DNA from: a virus
Lineage: Duplodnaviria > Caudoviricetes
DNA: 34,241 nucleotides
IMG/VR virus record: IMGVR_UViG_3300043772_001132
Coordinates: 1 to 34,241 of that record
Strand: one strand, 5' to 3'
The position numbers and the translations under genes are program-made. The notes beneath the pieces are model-generated. The model saw nothing but the letters and a program-made list of their open reading frames with translations, did no database searches and had not been told where the DNA came from. Shown piece after piece: positions 32,015 to 34,241 of the stretch (its first letter is position 1; every line of letters starts with the position of its first letter).

Positions 32015-32015
32015 A

Positions 32016-32219
32016 TTACCAATTTTTACCTGTAAATTTATTTTTACGACTTTGTTCATTTATAAGTTCTAAACCAAAGACAACAGTAGTAACAATAGGG
32101 AAAAACCAAAGCATCGGGTTTATTCCATTAAATTTATCTATTTTATACAATTTTTTATTTAACCACCTATTTAAAAATACGTTAGCTACATAAACTAAGC
32201 TTATTATTACTGCTTCCAT
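32016..32219 (-). CDS. Small membrane protein
   Basis: Two hydrophobic segments. Confidence 0.6.
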   Translation of the reverse strand: MEAVIISLVYVANVFLNRWLNKKLYKIDKFNGINPMLWFFPIVTTVVFGLELINEQSRKNKFTGKNW

Positions 32220-32554
32220 TCTTTTAAATATAAGTCAATTAAAAACTTTGTCTTCTCTAAATCCTGTACAAAGTTACCTTTCTTTCTGCATCTTACAAGG
32301 CGTTTGACTAAGTCAAATTCGTATGCGTTTAAGTCATGGTCTTCTGCAAACTTGTAAAGGCTACCTTTCTCATTATTATAATAGCTTGGTGCGTTGTCGG
32401 TCACTACTTCAAAGTAGTTTTCTATAGTGTCAAACTGATGTTCTTGGCCTTTATCATTCATAATCCAAATATAGCTATTATCTTTTTTAATCACATCGTA
32501 CACCTTACCAAAAGTAACATTAGCAAAGTGTTTTTCAATACATCTTAACTTCAT
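32207..32554 (-). CDS. DUF3310 (T7 gp1.7-like) domain protein with N-terminal SH3-like module
   Basis: PSYY, F..VKR.VRCRKKG...QDLEK..F.ID. Confidence 0.65.
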   Translation of the reverse strand: MKLRCIEKHFANVTFGKVYDVIKKDNSYIWIMNDKGQEHQFDTIENYFEVVTDNAPSYYNNEKGSLYKFAEDHDLNAYEFDLVKRLVRCRKKGNFVQDLEKTKFLIDLYLKEWKQ

Positions 32555-32913
32555 AAATTATACATTTTTGATATCTCTTCGTTAATACCGTAATCAATTA
32601 GGTATCTCCTACCGTTTAGTTGTCCCCAATTAGCTTTATTGTATAGGTCGCAGTTGTTAATATTAAGCTCTTCAATCAATCCTTTGACTAAATCAACATC
32701 TGTATAGTCAACTGAGGCGATAGGGTTGTATCGTTTCATTTTTATTATCCCACGTTTGTAACTATAAAGTTCACCTAATATTCCGAGGTCTTTGTACTTG
32801 TCCCAAAGGTTGCGTTCCTGTAAACATTGCAAGTACCCACGCAATGATATGGGTACTTTAACAACATGATCATTGAATATGAATACTACTCGTGTACTAA
32901 CTTTAATTTTCAT
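32551..32913 (-). CDS. Minimal protein-kinase-like protein
   Basis: VVKVP, QERNLW, CDLYNKANWG, YLIDYG. Confidence 0.6.
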   Translation of the reverse strand: MKIKVSTRVVFIFNDHVVKVPISLRGYLQCLQERNLWDKYKDLGILGELYSYKRGIIKMKRYNPIASVDYTDVDLVKGLIEELNINNCDLYNKANWGQLNGRRYLIDYGINEEISKMYNL

Positions 32914-32917
32914 AATT
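32834..32917. repeat. Exact direct repeat of 1-84
   Basis: Identical sequence. Confidence 0.95.
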
Positions 32918-32950
32918 TAATAATTTATAATTAATATACGCATTGCGTGT

Positions 32951-33100
32951 ATATACGTGTTATAGTTAATTGTCTTCCAAACCTGTCTTAGATTTCAACT
33001 TAAACACATTTCCACACATCCAGCACTCACAATTACCATAACCAATATCCCCAATCCAAGAACTATTACACTTTGGACAACTAACTATAACATCGTGTAT
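32951..33100. repeat. Inverted repeat (32958-32974 / 33076-33092, 16 of 17 nt) bracketing a Zn-ribbon coding module
   Basis: tgttatagttaattgtc versus gacaactaactataaca; pairing extends outward after a 1-nt bulge. Confidence 0.8.
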
Positions 33101-33241
33101 GCGTAATTGCTCCTCTAACCAATTTACATATTCATCACTATAATAAGTGTTTCCACAATTATCATTTACCCTATAAATAGCTTTTTCGCCTTTATATTCT
33201 TTGTATTTAATAAATTCGTTTATATATTTCATAACTTTCAT
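32966..33241 (-). CDS. Hypothetical protein with C-terminal Zn ribbon (allele B only)
   Basis: CPKC...CWMCG. Confidence 0.7.
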   Translation of the reverse strand: MKVMKYINEFIKYKEYKGEKAIYRVNDNCGNTYYSDEYVNWLEEQLRIHDVIVSCPKCNSSWIGDIGYGNCECWMCGNVFKLKSKTGLEDN

Positions 33242-33247
33242 TTTTAA

Positions 33248-33283
33248 TTACGCAACTACTCTTGTACTAACTTTTATCTTCAT
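33248..33283 (-). pseudogene. 11-codon stub MKIKVSTRVVA duplicating the start of the kinase-like gene
   Basis: First 10 aa identical to 32551-32913 with synonymous differences; same ATGA overlap with thyX as in allele A. Confidence 0.8.
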
Positions 33284-33924
33284 AATTCAAATGCTTTTAA
33301 TGACTCTGCAAAGTTACCGTTTTCTTTTAGTAGTCGTAACATTTCGGCAACAACTTCACGTGTTTCTTGTTGTGCGTCTAACTTTAAACGTAAGTTGAAC
33401 ACGTGGATAAACGATAGCAGTGAACCGGTCCACAAAAAAGTTGTGTTAAGATTCAAAGGTAGTATTGTTCGCGCCTGTTCTTTGCTTACTCCTAAACTAA
33501 TTAATTGTTTATACGCATTCTGACAAGCCTCTTTTACATTGTATTCAATCTCGTTGCATTTCTCTTGCGTATCGTAAGGTAAAGCTTCCGCACTGCCTTG
33601 TTTACTATCTTTGCTTTGCTCTCTCCATTCGCTGATTAGTGTGTACGTATCACTGAAGTCCACGTAACGTCCGCTTATACTATTGGCACTCATTCCAACC
33701 TGGTGCTTAAACAATTGCCTCTCAACATATATAGGGCAATTTATTCTAAACGTTAGTTGTGGATGTCTAAACACTGATGTGTGTTTGTGCTTCACTAAAT
33801 AGTTTATTAACCGACTATTCTGTTCATCTGAATAGTTACTTGCTTTCTTATCAAACGACACTCTCGCTGCATCGCAAACGGTTGCATCGTTACCGTATAC
33901 GGATATTAATTCAACTTTACTCAT
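33280..33924 (-). CDS. thyX: Flavin-dependent thymidylate synthase, allele B
   Basis: Differs from 77-718 by 8 substitutions and 1 extra residue. Confidence 0.92.
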   Translation of the reverse strand: MSKVELISVYGNDATVCDAARVSFDKKASNYSDEQNSRLINYLVKHKHTSVFRHPQLTFRINCPIYVERQLFKHQVGMSANSISGRYVDFSDTYTLISEWREQSKDSKQGSAEALPYDTQEKCNEIEYNVKEACQNAYKQLISLGVSKEQARTILPLNLNTTFLWTGSLLSFIHVFNLRLKLDAQQETREVVAEMLRLLKENGNFAESLKAFEL

Positions 33925-34133
33925 ACTAAATCAAATAAATGTTCTACAAACTTATGAGAGAACTCAGTAGTACTATCTAAATTATTTTCTACCGTAAAAC
34001 TATCGATAGTGTGTGATACAACTCTATATGTTTTACCCTCTGTAAAAGGTGTAATTACACCACCATACCACGCATCGATTTGTTGAAAGTCATATCTACA
34101 CAATAACAAATCTCCTGTTTTATAATTATTCAT
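33921..34133 (-). CDS. Hypothetical 70-aa protein occupying the HNH position in allele B
   Basis: ORF track; ATGA overlap with thyX; YKTGD..C, FTEGKTY. Confidence 0.7.
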   Translation of the reverse strand: MNNYKTGDLLLCRYDFQQIDAWYGGVITPFTEGKTYRVVSHTIDSFTVENNLDSTTEFSHKFVEHLFDLV

Positions 34134-34151
34134 ATTCTATATTTTTATTAA

Positions 34152-34241
34152 TTAACTCCCACAAAATAAGCATCCGTCTTCATCTTCATCCGCTTCGGGA
34201 TTGGTTTCTATTTCGGGATTCAATTGTTTTTTCAACTCATA
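34152..34241 (-). CDS. 3' end of the CxxC-tail peptide, allele B (…DEDEDGCLFCGS), truncated by the window edge
   Basis: 34171-34241 is identical to 1337-1407; the last codons diverge. Confidence 0.8.
   Translation of the reverse strand, partial: YELKKQLNPEIETNPEADEDEDGCLFCGS

Larger units (their letters stand above)
1..34241 (-). mobile_element. Near-complete tailed bacteriophage genome (Caudoviricetes, probably Bacteroidota host)
   Basis: Terminase, portal, capsid, tail, lysis and replication genes are all co-oriented on the minus strand; the two ends overlap the same locus; no host housekeeping genes seen. Confidence 0.95.

Noticed and set aside
33-33398. All plus-strand ORFs in the track (e.g. 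33-320, 14342-14704, 18271-18738, 30523-30822)
   Set aside because: Each lies opposite a well-supported minus-strand gene and has no recognisable motifs; antisense shadows.
1-34241. CRISPR array, integrase/att site or alternative genetic code
   Set aside because: No regularly spaced repeats or recognisable recombinase; long genes are intact under the standard bacterial code and TAA, TAG and TGA are all used as stops.

Overview
This window is an essentially complete (~32.8 kb unit) AT-rich tailed-phage genome with all credible genes on the minus strand. A Bacteroidota (Flavobacterium-like) host is inferred from TAnnTTTG promoters, a DUF3127-like gene and a VirE-N primase. Transcription runs right to left: thyX/MazG nucleotide genes, a sigma-70-like factor, terminase, tail and head genes in an unusual order, lysis genes, early genes (C5 methylase, lipoprotein), a putative origin, primase-helicase, SF2 helicase, VRR-NUC, ERF/exonuclease/SSB, and an HNH next to thyX. 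I recognised no integrase, DNA polymerase or CRISPR array. The two ends (1-1407 and 32834-34241) are two diverged alleles of the same thyX locus with different accessory modules but almost identical length. Other notable signals are a CAACA-N16-GTTAT late-promoter motif, a tRNA-like RNA lacking a normal anticodon arm, two pseudoknot/kissing-loop leaders, an attC-like inverted repeat around a zinc-ribbon module, a -1 frameshift site, a minimal kinase-like gene and a stand-alone RNR-tail-like CxxC peptide. All family assignments come from motif recognition by eye, not database searches.
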